A stretch of DNA of 64,000 bases. It comes from a virus. Its lineage: Duplodnaviria > Caudoviricetes. This document shows positions 38,081-47,998 of this stretch, one piece after another. Below the pieces are notes generated by a model. The model was not told the origin of the DNA. It saw only the letters and a list, made by a program, of their open reading frames with translations, and did no database searches. The translations under genes were made by a program, and so were the position numbers. The stretch lies in the IMG/VR virus record IMGVR_UViG_2866513116_000002, positions 17,938-81,937 of that record. One strand, 5' to 3'. The stretch's first letter is position 1. Every line of letters begins with the position of its first letter.

Positions 38081-39160
38081 TTGACCGCAACGTTTTACGT
38101 TCTCCCGTTCGGTAATCCGTCTTCGGGCACGTTCACCGCTGGCTTCACCGGCACTACCATGTCAACGGCGGCGTTGGCCTACGACGTGTCGGCCGCGAAC
38201 TTCCAGTCGGCGCTGGCGGCGATCGTCCCCGGCACCACGGTGACGGGCAGTGGTCCGTGGGTGGTCACCGTCCCCACGGGCTACACGCTGACGGTCAATG
38301 ACTCTGGGATGCCGCAGAATACGTCCATTGTGGTGCAGTCCACGGACGCCTTGTCGTGGTCGGGCAACATCATGATGAGCAACACCACCGACTATCAGTC
38401 GACGGGTGTGGCGACGGGCGTCTTCACCCCGGCCGGTGGCGTGGCGAATCTCCCGGCCTTGGTGGATGGACAGCCCGGGCAACCTCCGGAGCTGAACTTC
38501 CAGGCTACGCCGGTGAATCCGGGTAACCCGCCGACGATCTCGCAGACGCAGACCTCTCCAGGTGGCGCAGGGCAGCCGTCGGCGTACACGGTGACCATCG
38601 GTGTGCCCACAGGGCAGACGGGAGCCACCGGGCCAACGGCGACGGTGAGCACAGCCTCGGATGTGGAGGGCACGCCGTCGGACGGCGCCGCGCTGATCTA
38701 CTCGGGAGCCGACGAGAAGTGGAAGATCCAGGCGATCTGGGTGCCTGCCCTGTACTCATGCCAGAGCTTCACCGCTGGGACAGGGACGGGCTCGTCGACG
38801 GTAACCATCGCCTCTCTGGGCATCCCCGCGCAGCCGTTCGCGTGGCGTCCCCGCGTGACCGCGCAGGCACAGTTGACCGGCACGGTGAACACCCACCTGG
38901 ATCTCGCGGTGTACCTCAACGGGACCTCGGGCACGCAGGTCGGATACGGCCAAGGTGTCACCGGAGCACTCACGCAGACGGTCTCCTGCCTTCCCGCGTT
39001 CGGCTCGTCGATCTCCGGCTCGTCGGCCTACGCAGAGGTGGCGGCGGGAGCGACCGCAACCCTGTATTTCGTTGCGCTGCAAACAGCATCGACCACCGAT
39101 CAGTGGTCAGTGTCGGTTGCGCACGCCTCGTTTGAGATCGAAGTGGTGCCGCTCGCATGA
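38081..39160 (+). CDS. Minor tail protein
   Basis: Gly/Thr-rich, short collagen-like GQTGATG stretch. Confidence 0.8.
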   Translation: MTATFYVLPFGNPSSGTFTAGFTGTTMSTAALAYDVSAANFQSALAAIVPGTTVTGSGPWVVTVPTGYTLTVNDSGMPQNTSIVVQSTDALSWSGNIMMSNTTDYQSTGVATGVFTPAGGVANLPALVDGQPGQPPELNFQATPVNPGNPPTISQTQTSPGGAGQPSAYTVTIGVPTGQTGATGPTATVSTASDVEGTPSDGAALIYSGADEKWKIQAIWVPALYSCQSFTAGTGTGSSTVTIASLGIPAQPFAWRPRVTAQAQLTGTVNTHLDLAVYLNGTSGTQVGYGQGVTGALTQTVSCLPAFGSSISGSSAYAEVAAGATATLYFVALQTASTTDQWSVSVAHASFEIEVVPLA

Positions 39161-41085
39161 CCGAGCCCAGCTCGATCCTCAATGGGGTCGTCAAGACGTC
39201 GTGGCCATCGGACATGCTGCCGTCGGAGACCTCCAACGTCATCGACATGCTCCCGGCGATCTGGAAGGCGTTCTTCCTCGGGATCGTGGGCAACATCGCG
39301 ATCAACATCGCGAACGCCGCGGACATTGACGGCCTGGATCCGCTTGCACTCCTGCGGCAGTGGGGCCAGGAGCAGGAGCAAGCTGCCTCGAATGCGTTGG
39401 CGGCCGCGAACTCGGCACAGACCACGGCGACGTCGGCGCAGTCAACCGCCAACAATGCGTCCACGACGGCGAACACCGCGAACACGACCGCGACCAACGC
39501 GCTGAGTGCCGCGCAGAACGCGCTGCAGAACGCGGAGAATGCTCTTGGTCAGCTCGGCACGCTGATTGGTGATGTCCTCGGCGGGCAGTCGACGGCGGCC
39601 GATCTGGCGGCCTTCATTACCGGCCTCGACGGCATCATCGACCCGTCGCGGATCGCGCAGGTGTCGGCGTCGGCGATCGGCGCGGTCGGGACTCCGAATC
39701 TGCTGACCAATGGCAGCTTTGTCGATTCGGTGTCGATGGCGCCGGAGGGCTCGGGGTGGACGTGGGATGGCACCACCACTCACAGCAACACCGCACCCTC
39801 GGGGCACACCGACGGGTCGGTGACGACCACCGGCACTGGAGTGCAGCAGACCCTCGTGTCGAATGTGGTGGCGGTCAGTGCGGGCCAGTCTCTTTCGGTC
39901 GCCGGGTGGCTGAAGTGGTCCGGGGTCACCGCCTCAGGTTCGGCGTTCTCGCTGAACGTCATCTCCTACCTCGACGGTAATCAGTTGTCGCATCAGACGA
40001 TCGGCAGCGTTGTGTCCCCGTCAGCGGCCGGGTCGTGGCAGGAGATCACCGGCACCTACACGGTGCCCTCGGGTGCTGATCAGGTCCGCGTCCAGCTCGT
40101 GGTGACCGCGAATGTCACTGCGGGGCAAGTGTGGTGGGATGACCTGTCGCTGACAAAGACGCAGACGATCGACCAATCGCTGATCACCGACCTCGAGAAC
40201 GCGCTGTCCACAATCAATTCGACGTTCAACCAGATCGGGCAGACGCTAGAAGGCGAAGCCGTGACCGCAATCAGCACTGCGGTCACCAATGTGCAGAACT
40301 TCGCGGCTTCGCTGACCGGGTGGCAGTCAACAACGACCGCCAACGCGCAAGCCGTGGTCGACGGCATTATCAACGGAGCGACCAACGCATCCGGGTCTGG
40401 CTATGCGACCTCGGAGGTCCAAGCTGCCGTTGCCGGTCTCGCCACCGGGTATGCGACGCCCGCTTACGTGTCGAATCTGACGGATATGGCCACGGTCCCG
40501 CGTCAGTCGGTCATTGGATGGTCAACGCAGATACCGAGCGGATGCCCCCTGGTCTGTTCGTCGTCGGGGCTGCCAACGTTCCCTCCACAGGTGGACAAGT
40601 TCGGATCACCGGGCACGGGCACCGCCTACTTCACCCCCATTGTCTCGGACCGGAAGGGCACGCTGGGAAAGCTGCGATTCATCACTGGAGCGGACGGTGC
40701 ACTCTTCTCCATCGACGCATGGTTCCTCGACGTGTACGTCTACTCCGGGGGCACCCTCACCAAGGTGACGAGCAACGGAAACCTGAAGTCCGCCATGATG
40801 TCATCCCTTGGCGAGCAGAGTATCGACATTTCCTCCTTCGGAATCAACGTCGTGCCAGCTGAGATCCTGTTCGTCGCTCACCTCCAGCAGGCGCCCGGAT
40901 TGGCCCAGACAGCTCGCAGCTACGCTGCCGCCCCGAATAACGGAGTTCCACGGGCTGACGTTGTGCTGCAACACGCGTACTACACCCAGACCGGACTCAG
41001 CACACTGCCTCAGACCGTCAGCCTCTCCAGCCTCACGGGCGCAGATCGAATGATCCCCTGGGCGGCAGTCAGCGTTGTCTCGTGA
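39157..41085 (+). CDS. Minor tail protein with carbohydrate-binding-like domain
   Basis: NLLTNGSF...W.EITGTYTVP...WWDDL pattern. Confidence 0.8.
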   Translation: MTEPSSILNGVVKTSWPSDMLPSETSNVIDMLPAIWKAFFLGIVGNIAINIANAADIDGLDPLALLRQWGQEQEQAASNALAAANSAQTTATSAQSTANNASTTANTANTTATNALSAAQNALQNAENALGQLGTLIGDVLGGQSTAADLAAFITGLDGIIDPSRIAQVSASAIGAVGTPNLLTNGSFVDSVSMAPEGSGWTWDGTTTHSNTAPSGHTDGSVTTTGTGVQQTLVSNVVAVSAGQSLSVAGWLKWSGVTASGSAFSLNVISYLDGNQLSHQTIGSVVSPSAAGSWQEITGTYTVPSGADQVRVQLVVTANVTAGQVWWDDLSLTKTQTIDQSLITDLENALSTINSTFNQIGQTLEGEAVTAISTAVTNVQNFAASLTGWQSTTTANAQAVVDGIINGATNASGSGYATSEVQAAVAGLATGYATPAYVSNLTDMATVPRQSVIGWSTQIPSGCPLVCSSSGLPTFPPQVDKFGSPGTGTAYFTPIVSDRKGTLGKLRFITGADGALFSIDAWFLDVYVYSGGTLTKVTSNGNLKSAMMSSLGEQSIDISSFGINVVPAEILFVAHLQQAPGLAQTARSYAAAPNNGVPRADVVLQHAYYTQTGLSTLPQTVSLSSLTGADRMIPWAAVSVVS

Positions 41086-42137
41086 CCGGCTGGTCACCGT
41101 CGGGTCCGTCCGACCAGTCCCAACCGCTCAACGGATGGTCACCGCCCGGACCGCCGACTGTGACCGCGCCGCGCGTCGGCTGGTGGTACGAGCCCGTCGT
41201 CGCGGCTCTGCTCTCCGGATCGGGCCAGCTATCGGTCAGCGCGTACGTTCGCGTGCCAGCCGCCGTCAATCTCGCAGGAGCAGGACAGCTCTCGGTCGCG
41301 GCGTACGCCATCACCCCGGCCGCCGCGCAGTTCGCCGGAGTCGGAGCGCTCACCGCCACCGCCTACGCCCGCGTGCCTGCCGATGCGCAACTCATCGGCG
41401 CGGGTGTGCTCGCCGTCGCCGCTCAACGCTGGTACCAGTACGTCACTGCCGCCCTCGCCGGTAGCGGCGCATTGTCGGTGGGCGCCTACGCCAGAGTGCC
41501 CGCCACGGTGGCCCTCGCCGGTGCTGGAGCGCTCGCCGTCGGCGCAGCATTCCCAGCGAAGTCCGCGACCACCACCACCTACGCCACCGCAGGCACCTCG
41601 ACGTACACCATTCCCTGGTGGTGCCGCTACATCGACGTCATCATGGTCGGCTCAGGCGGTGGCGGATCCGGAGGCGACACCGGATTCGGTGCCACCGGCA
41701 ACGGCGGGTCGGCCGGATCCTGGACCGCGGTCACCCTCACCCGAGGTGTCGACATCCCTTGGAACGCAACCACACTGACCGTCACCGTCGGCACCGGCGG
41801 CACCGGCGGCGCCAAAGGCACAAGCGGCAACACCGGCACCGCCACCACCCTCACCTACACCGACCCGTCAGGCACCAGTCACACCGTCACCGCAGCAGCC
41901 GGAGCGGGTGCACCCTACGGCGGCGGCACCGGACAACCCGGCGCATCGCCGGGGAACGAGACCTACAACGGCGTCACCTACACCGGGGGCGGCACCGCAA
42001 CCTCCGGCTCGTCCGGCTCGGCTGGAAAGTCGCCCGGCGGTGGTGGTGGCGGCGGCGCGGGCGGCTACTTCGGTAGCGGCAGCCCCGGATTCAACGGCGC
42101 ACCAGGCGCATCCTGGCTCGTCGCGCGACAAACCTAA
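41082..42137 (+). CDS. Glycine-rich minor tail protein
   Basis: TYTIPWWC..ID...GGGGG; L.G.G.L repeats. Confidence 0.85.
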   Translation: MTGWSPSGPSDQSQPLNGWSPPGPPTVTAPRVGWWYEPVVAALLSGSGQLSVSAYVRVPAAVNLAGAGQLSVAAYAITPAAAQFAGVGALTATAYARVPADAQLIGAGVLAVAAQRWYQYVTAALAGSGALSVGAYARVPATVALAGAGALAVGAAFPAKSATTTTYATAGTSTYTIPWWCRYIDVIMVGSGGGGSGGDTGFGATGNGGSAGSWTAVTLTRGVDIPWNATTLTVTVGTGGTGGAKGTSGNTGTATTLTYTDPSGTSHTVTAAAGAGAPYGGGTGQPGASPGNETYNGVTYTGGGTATSGSSGSAGKSPGGGGGGGAGGYFGSGSPGFNGAPGASWLVARQT

Positions 42138-42148
42138 AGGAGACCCAC

Positions 42149-42490
42149 ATGGTCGCAGTCACCAGCACCAAGCAAACACTCGCCGCGTACTACGCCACTC
42201 TCGGACCGTATTTCGGCCTCGCAACCGGCAGTCCGGGAGCCACGGCTACGCCCGCCAACGAGGCATCCGGCGGCTCGTACGCCCGCGTCGCCACCACCTG
42301 GTCGGCCGGATCGGGCGGGGTGATGAACGGGAGTGCCGTCACCGTCAACGCCCAGGCTGGCACCTACACCTACGCCATCATGTGCTCGGGAGCGTCGGGC
42401 AACAACATGATCGACAACGTCGCCATCACCTCAACAGTCCTGTCAGCTCCCGGGCAAATCGTTCTGACACCGACCTACACACAGTCATGA
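42149..42490 (+). CDS. Minor tail/tail-fibre-associated protein
   Basis: ANEASGGSYAR motif; AAGGAG RBS. Confidence 0.75.
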   Translation: MVAVTSTKQTLAAYYATLGPYFGLATGSPGATATPANEASGGSYARVATTWSAGSGGVMNGSAVTVNAQAGTYTYAIMCSGASGNNMIDNVAITSTVLSAPGQIVLTPTYTQS

Positions 42491-42813
42491 CCGCCCCCGT
42501 CCACGGCGACGGCCGTCTCGCTATCACCGTGTGGCCCACCTTCATTGGCGTCATCGGACGCTGCGCCGACGGAACCCTCGGAGAGCCCACCCACCACCCC
42601 GACTATCGGCGATCCCAGATCACCTGGACCACAGGCGTACTCGTCACCGGACGCGCCCGGATCGCCGCCCCCGCAGGAGAGTGGACACACTTCGCCTACT
42701 TCCGTGGCCCTGGCGACCACGAGCCCGTCGGCGAGCCGGTCCCGATCGGTCAGTTCCCCATCCGCCTACCCGCAGGCGGCGTCATCGACGCCGATCCCAT
42801 CATCGTCAACTGA
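42487..42813 (+). CDS. Phage hypothetical protein
   Basis: ATGA coupling; EP...Y.R.QITW motif. Confidence 0.7.
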   Translation: MTAPVHGDGRLAITVWPTFIGVIGRCADGTLGEPTHHPDYRRSQITWTTGVLVTGRARIAAPAGEWTHFAYFRGPGDHEPVGEPVPIGQFPIRLPAGGVIDADPIIVN

Positions 42814-42823
42814 AAGGGCGACC

Positions 42824-43528
42824 ATGTCTCTCTTCGCCGACGTTTCGGAGTTCCAGAACGTCGTGAACGACTCGTACCCGTACCAGATCCTCTCGATTCG
42901 CGCGAACGATGGCACATACCGCGACGGACACTTCGCCGCCAACTATCTCTGGATGTGCGACGCTCTCAACAGCGGTCGTCTCGCGTGCGGAATCGTCTAC
43001 GCCTACTGGCGCACGAACTGGCAGGACACCGTCAACACGATGCGGTCGATGATCGACTCCTGCGGTGGCCTGCACCCCAAGGTCATCCTGATGATCGACC
43101 TCGAGCGCGGCGGCAACCCGGCCGGCGACGAGACCGGAGCCGTAGACGCGACGGTCGACGCCATGGCCGCCTACGCCGGGAACCTCAAGCGGGTCATCGT
43201 CTACGCGAACTCCGGCGACTTTCATGAGATGTGGGCGGAATACTCGACTCGGCTCCCACAGATCGGCGGCCTGATCGCGGCCGGGTACGGCGCCAATCCT
43301 GGCCTGCCGTACCAGATCGCCCACCAGTACACCGACGGAAGCGGTTACGGCGGTGGACTTCCCGAAGGAACGGCACCATTCGGGAACTGCGACATGAACA
43401 GTGCCGACAACCTCACCCCGCAGCAGTTCGCGTCGCTCTGCGGTGTCGGCCCGACGAACCCCGGAGGCATGACCGACGCGCAGTACGCCCAATTCGCCAC
43501 CTACATGGGGCAACTCGGACCCTCGTGA
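42824..43528 (+). CDS. Endolysin, GH25-like muramidase domain
   Basis: FADVSEFQ, MIDLE, HQYTDG, PFGNCDMNSA motifs. Confidence 0.85.
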   Translation: MSLFADVSEFQNVVNDSYPYQILSIRANDGTYRDGHFAANYLWMCDALNSGRLACGIVYAYWRTNWQDTVNTMRSMIDSCGGLHPKVILMIDLERGGNPAGDETGAVDATVDAMAAYAGNLKRVIVYANSGDFHEMWAEYSTRLPQIGGLIAAGYGANPGLPYQIAHQYTDGSGYGGGLPEGTAPFGNCDMNSADNLTPQQFASLCGVGPTNPGGMTDAQYAQFATYMGQLGPS

Positions 43529-43647
43529 CCACCGAGAGCGCCGCGGCCGAATGGCTCGCGCAGCAACGGCGCCGCACCGACGCCACCGAGCACGTCGCCC
43601 GACTACTCGCCAACAACGCCCAACTGAGACCCCTGAAAGGAATCCCG

Positions 43648-44025
43648 ATGTCCGATCCCGTCGCCAACGCCTCCCAATTGGGAGACGCACAGAGCACGTG
43701 GGGCAAGACCCCGCGTCAGCTCGCCGCCCAGTACAACGCCGACCAGTCCGACTGGGGCCGCGTCTCGATCGAGCGCGCCGCACTCCTCGCGGGCAACACG
43801 CAGTTGTCGTGGAGCCCCTACGCCAACGGCAACACCACCAAGTTCGACGTCGAAGCTCTGATCCGGGCGACCGACGCCCGCTCGGATGCCATGTACGTCG
43901 AGGCCGGCGCCGCATTCGGCGACCCCGATTCCATCTCTCGCCTCACCGCCGCCGCAGCAGCGGGAAACGCCCGCGCCATTGCGTGCTGCAAGCACCTCGG
44001 CCTCACCTACGGGAGCGCATCGTGA
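43648..44025 (+). CDS. Lysis-cassette protein, possible detached lysin C-terminal module
   Basis: GAAAGGA RBS; between lysin and holin; alternative GTG start at 43525. Confidence 0.6.
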   Translation: MSDPVANASQLGDAQSTWGKTPRQLAAQYNADQSDWGRVSIERAALLAGNTQLSWSPYANGNTTKFDVEALIRATDARSDAMYVEAGAAFGDPDSISRLTAAAAAGNARAIACCKHLGLTYGSAS

Positions 44026-44669
44026 AGTACAACAAGGCAATCTGGTCCGGGGCACTGTCGGTCGCCTCGGGGCTTGTGTTCATCTTGACCGTCGCACAGC
44101 CATACCTTCCGACGAAGGTTGGTGTGCCCATCGGCATCATCCTGCTGATCGCGATCCCCGTCGTCACCTACCTGGTGCCCAACTTCGACCGCATCAGGGC
44201 CGATGCGGAGAAGGTGCTGAAAGACGCCAAGACCGGCAACGTCACCGCAGTGGTGCACGACGGCGCCCTGTTCGTTCGTGAGGACCTGGAGCCCGCACTC
44301 ACAGCGGGGCAGGCATATCGGCAGAAGGTCGACAGCGAAGGAGCGACCGCGATCCTCTCCGGCGCAGACGGGCTGATCGGTGACGTCGAGCGCTATGCGC
44401 CAGCGCTCGGGAAAACCGTCCCTGCCGTCACCGAGGTGACCGCCGAGATACCGAAGGTCGAGCAGGCCGTGCACGCGGCGCGGGCAGGTCTCGCGGGCAT
44501 TGCGAAGTTCACGGATACCCCCATCGCCAACGAGGCGTTGGCAGCCGCATCGGAGGCCAGCGCTGTCGCCACCAAGGTCACCCCGATCGCCAACGTGGCC
44601 GTCGCCGACGCCGAGAAGGTGATGTCCGCGCTACCGGTGGCCGACCTCCGCAAGGCACTCGGGTTGTGA
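44022..44669 (+). CDS. Holin-like protein (2 TM plus Ala-rich tail)
   Basis: KYNKA...two TM helices...YLVPN motif. Confidence 0.75.
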   Translation: MKYNKAIWSGALSVASGLVFILTVAQPYLPTKVGVPIGIILLIAIPVVTYLVPNFDRIRADAEKVLKDAKTGNVTAVVHDGALFVREDLEPALTAGQAYRQKVDSEGATAILSGADGLIGDVERYAPALGKTVPAVTEVTAEIPKVEQAVHAARAGLAGIAKFTDTPIANEALAAASEASAVATKVTPIANVAVADAEKVMSALPVADLRKALGL

Positions 44670-45052
44670 CGGCTCAGGCGAAGCTACTCGCACACGAGTC
44701 GGCCCGGTGGCTTTCCGTGCTCCTCCTCGGATTGGCGGCTGTGCTGATCCTTGGTGGCCAGCAGCGAGTCTCGGGCCCGTCATACAAGTTCGTCCACGAC
44801 CTCGGCGGCTCCGACGTGTGGGGGCTGCTGTTCTTCGCCGGGGCGTTTGCGGTAGCCATCGCCAGCCTGAAGTGGCCCAGGGCGCTGAAGTGGGCGCTAC
44901 GCCTCGCCGCAGTGAGCTTCCTGCTCTTCGCCCTCGCCGGGATCGGCGCGGCCATCGCCTCGCCGATCGCCGGCCTCACCGGGATCGTGGTGTATCTCTG
45001 GCTGGCCTGCTGGGTCGTGTGGGTCGCAGCCGGGGTGGATGATGTCCGCTGA
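44666..45052 (+). CDS. Four-TM membrane protein of the lysis cassette
   Basis: Four hydrophobic helices; coupled. Confidence 0.75.
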   Translation: MTAQAKLLAHESARWLSVLLLGLAAVLILGGQQRVSGPSYKFVHDLGGSDVWGLLFFAGAFAVAIASLKWPRALKWALRLAAVSFLLFALAGIGAAIASPIAGLTGIVVYLWLACWVVWVAAGVDDVR

Positions 45053-45506
45053 CGAGCCCGCACCCCTTGTGTGGGTCGGCGTCCGGGGCGCTGCCCCGTT
45101 CGAGAAGGCCGTCTTCTGGGCAGGCGTCCTACTGGGCCTGATCAGCCTGTGTACCGAGGTGGATGTGTCCAACGCTCTCGCCGCGTCGTGGCCGCAGTAC
45201 TTCCGTATGGGCAACGACGTCTTCTATGCCATCTACGGGATCGGCGGCCTCATCGGCGTGGTGGCGACGTGGCGTACCTCGGACTGTCCCACGATCTCTC
45301 ATCGGCGTGCGACTTCCGAGGCGTGGGCGCTGTTCGTGTGCGCGATGGCTCAACTGGCCTACTCTGCTGCGGCATTCGATGCCGGACACGGCGGTATCCA
45401 CGGCGGTGTGGTTGGGGCACTCCTGGCCGCCGCCTGTGCAATTCGTATCCGGCAGATCCGGTCTGATCTGAAAAAACTACGGCAGGTGAGAGACGGTGAC
45501 GAGTGA
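45039..45506 (+). CDS. Four-TM membrane protein of the lysis cassette
   Basis: PFE motif; four hydrophobic helices; RIRQI end. Confidence 0.75.
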   Translation: MMSADEPAPLVWVGVRGAAPFEKAVFWAGVLLGLISLCTEVDVSNALAASWPQYFRMGNDVFYAIYGIGGLIGVVATWRTSDCPTISHRRATSEAWALFVCAMAQLAYSAAAFDAGHGGIHGGVVGALLAAACAIRIRQIRSDLKKLRQVRDGDE

Positions 45507-45829
45507 TCACGCAGGTAATCGCGATCTTCACAGCACTCTCCGGCGCGGGCCTGCTGTCGTGGATCGCGGCGCTGGTCAAGCAGTGGATGGACCGTGGGCA
45601 TCGACGAGTCCATGACGAGTCGATCGTGGCCGCCACCACCCGCAACCTCATCGAGCCCGTCCAACAGGAGTCGGAGCGTCGCCTGCAACGAATCGTGTTC
45701 CTCAAGAGAGTGATTCGGCGGCTGGACGACCACCTCGACGACTGCCGAGATGCGGCACGCAATGCGGGAATCACCCTGCCATTGATGGACGACGACCTCC
45801 GCAACCAGATCGACGAGATCGGAGAATGA
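45503..45829 (+). CDS. Single-TM coiled-coil lysis-cassette protein
   Basis: N-terminal TM then coiled coil. Confidence 0.75.
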   Translation: MITQVIAIFTALSGAGLLSWIAALVKQWMDRGHRRVHDESIVAATTRNLIEPVQQESERRLQRIVFLKRVIRRLDDHLDDCRDAARNAGITLPLMDDDLRNQIDEIGE

Positions 45830-46542
45830 CAATGCAGATCACCAAGGTCATCCGCTGCCGTGGGATCGGCGAAGACCCCACCGGCCACGACACAATGCTC
45901 GAGGGGGTCACCGATCTCATCCCCGGGATCGAGACAGTCGAGCTGCCCTGGTCGGCTCAATACGGCCCCGTGGGACGTGCAGGCCTCACCGGCGACGACT
46001 ACCTCCACGCCCTCCAGCAAGGCGTGGCCCTGGCGCTCGCCGAACTCGATCGAGGGCCCGCCGCCCTCTTCGGATACTCCGGGGGTGCCCAGCTCGCCCA
46101 CATGACCGCGGCGCACGGCCACCACAACCTGCAGGGTGTGGGATTCATCGCCGACCCAGCGATGCCGAAGGGGATCGGCCCCAACTACGGGGTGACCGGC
46201 GCCGACCCTGAGCCCATCAGCGTGCCCAAGCACTGGGTGTGGAACCCGCTCGACATCATCTGCCAATGTCCGGCCGACTCGCCGATCCGCGACGTCGCTG
46301 ACTTCTCGGAGTCCTTCTCCGCGCAGAACTTCCCCGGCTGGACCTGGGACATGCTCGACGACCTCCGATTCGGGCGCTGGCAGGTGCTGGGGAAGTACCT
46401 GTTCATCAGCCCTGTGGACCAGTGGAGGCGGTGGGGTGCGGCGATCGCCGGCGCCACTGGGTACCTCAATGGCACCGAGCATGTGGCGGCTTATCATGGT
46501 GCGCGCCAACGGGAGCTGGCCGACTGGGTGAAGTCGCTGTGA
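45826..46542 (+). CDS. Lysin B (cutinase-like serine esterase)
   Basis: RGIGE, GYSGG nucleophile elbow, ADP, DIIC, H motifs. Confidence 0.85.
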   Translation: MTMQITKVIRCRGIGEDPTGHDTMLEGVTDLIPGIETVELPWSAQYGPVGRAGLTGDDYLHALQQGVALALAELDRGPAALFGYSGGAQLAHMTAAHGHHNLQGVGFIADPAMPKGIGPNYGVTGADPEPISVPKHWVWNPLDIICQCPADSPIRDVADFSESFSAQNFPGWTWDMLDDLRFGRWQVLGKYLFISPVDQWRRWGAAIAGATGYLNGTEHVAAYHGARQRELADWVKSL

Positions 46543-46811
46543 AGCATCTGCCGCCCGAACGGGCGTGGGCGCTGATCGCGGCGTTCGTGGTCGCCTATGA
46601 CCTCGCATGCCATCGCGGGCAGACGCTCTCCGAGGAGGCCGACCGATGGACGAAGGCACACCCGGTGCTCGCTAGGGCCGGAATCCTCGCCGTCGCACTA
46701 CATGTCGCCAATGTCGTCCCTGATCGGCTCGACCCGCTGCATCGGATTGCCGAGATGCTCCCGAAGACGGAATGCGCGGCAAAATCGGAAAACTATTGTG
46801 CAACAACATAA
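46539..46811 (+). CDS. Small membrane-associated phage protein
   Basis: AW..I...V..YD....GQTLSE..DRW...HP motif. Confidence 0.7.
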   Translation: MKHLPPERAWALIAAFVVAYDLACHRGQTLSEEADRWTKAHPVLARAGILAVALHVANVVPDRLDPLHRIAEMLPKTECAAKSENYCATT

Positions 46812-46831
46812 TTGAGTGCTACAGTAAAGGC

Positions 46832-46980
46832 ACAAGTTCAGAGCGGGTGAGGTTCAGGAACATACACTGACGCCAACCGGGACCAGAGGCCAGCTCCTCC
46901 GTCACCGACCGGCCACAGATCAAGAAACACTGGGAGCCCAATCGCAGAGAGTCATGATGCGACACCCGCTCTGAGCCTGG
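46832..46980 (+). ncRNA. Candidate phage small RNA
   Basis: TG-N-TACAGT extended -10 at 46817-46825; 12-bp stem 46838-46849/46963-46974; downstream terminator. Confidence 0.45.
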
Positions 46981-46989
46981 ACAACCACT

Positions 46990-47032
46990 AAGCCGCCCCC
47001 GATCCACACGGATCGGGGGCGGCTTCGTTTTT
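46990..47032 (+). terminator. Intrinsic terminator, probably bidirectional
   Basis: 16-bp perfect stem AAGCCGCCCCCGATCC/GGATCGGGGGCGGCTT then CGTTTTT. Confidence 0.85.
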
Positions 47033-47038
47033 GCTCCC

Positions 47039-47608
47039 TCAGCGAGACCGCTTCGTCGTCACTGGCGTGGTGACCCGGTGCGCAAATCGCCGGTACGCAT
47101 TCTGACGTGCGATACCGAGCGCATCACCGATGTAGTCCCAGCTCATTCCCGCATCCCGTGCCGACTGCACGGCCTGCAAAAGGATCTGGTCGCTGGCCTG
47201 ATTCAGCCTTTCCGACGTCGCCAGAGCGGCGAGGAGCTGATCGTGTCGCCGGCCGAGTGAGAAGTAGCGCCCCTCGGCTGCGAGGTCGGACAGGGCCTGT
47301 AGCGCGGAGCGAAGGGAGGCGCCGGCTCCTGCGTCGAGCGCGTCCTGGTAGGCCCAGAGTGCGTCGTAGAGGTCGCGATCTTCCAAGACCGGGCGCCCCG
47401 CCGCGTCCCAGCGTCCATGGGTGTCGATCGCCAGTGCCTCTGCCGCCGTCGGCTGGTCAGGCAGGATGCCGTACTTCTCGACGGCATCTTGCAGCGCGGC
47501 GTAGACCTCGTAGCCGCTGGCGCTGCCGCCGGACGCGTACAGGGCTGCGGTGAATGCGGCGTGCTCGCTGTAGTCGCGAGGCATGTCCTCGGGGGTGTGT
47601 GTCATCAT
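47039..47608 (-). CDS. Moron protein with C-terminal HTH
   Basis: ARDAGMSWDYIGDALGIARQNAYRRF HTH. Confidence 0.8.
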   Translation of the reverse strand: MMTHTPEDMPRDYSEHAAFTAALYASGGSASGYEVYAALQDAVEKYGILPDQPTAAEALAIDTHGRWDAAGRPVLEDRDLYDALWAYQDALDAGAGASLRSALQALSDLAAEGRYFSLGRRHDQLLAALATSERLNQASDQILLQAVQSARDAGMSWDYIGDALGIARQNAYRRFAHRVTTPVTTKRSR

Positions 47609-47644
47609 GGTGATGACATTACACCGTCATCATCATGATGACAA
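47600..47644 (-). promoter_or_regulatory. Leaderless promoter overlapped by two palindromic operators
   Basis: TTGTCA-17 nt-TAATGT on the minus strand; GTCATCA-N3-TGATGAC at 47601-47617 and 47626-47642. Confidence 0.7.
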
Positions 47645-47654
47645 GGTGTAGCGA

Positions 47655-47960
47655 TCAGCCATTCGGTTCCCAGTCGTCCCCCAACACCTCGGCGATCCGC
47701 TTCACCAGCCCCGGCATCTCCCGCCGACGCCCGTACATCACCTCGTCGATCTCCACAGCCAGCGCTTCCAGCTCGGGGTCCGGTCGCGCCCACGCCGACG
47801 GATCACTCTCGAGCATCGCGGCCTGCTCGATGGCCTGACGCTGGCGCATCAGATCGCGGATATCGCGGGCGGCAGCGGAGAGGAGAGCGCGGTCGATCAC
47901 GGGGTGAGCGTAGATCTGGGGTGTGACACGCAATCGATTGACGGAAACTCGGGGATTCAC
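47655..47960 (-). CDS. Hypothetical protein (start uncertain)
   Basis: Helical ORF in moron region. Confidence 0.5.
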   Translation of the reverse strand: MNPRVSVNRLRVTPQIYAHPVIDRALLSAAARDIRDLMRQRQAIEQAAMLESDPSAWARPDPELEALAVEIDEVMYGRRREMPGLVKRIAEVLGDDWEPNG

Positions 47961-47998
47961 GTCGCGTCAGCACCCATAGGTGGGATAGAACATGACGT

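Noticed and set aside
35403-42813. Diversity-generating retroelement or invertible tail-fibre switch
   Set aside because: No reverse transcriptase, invertase or template/variable repeat pair seen
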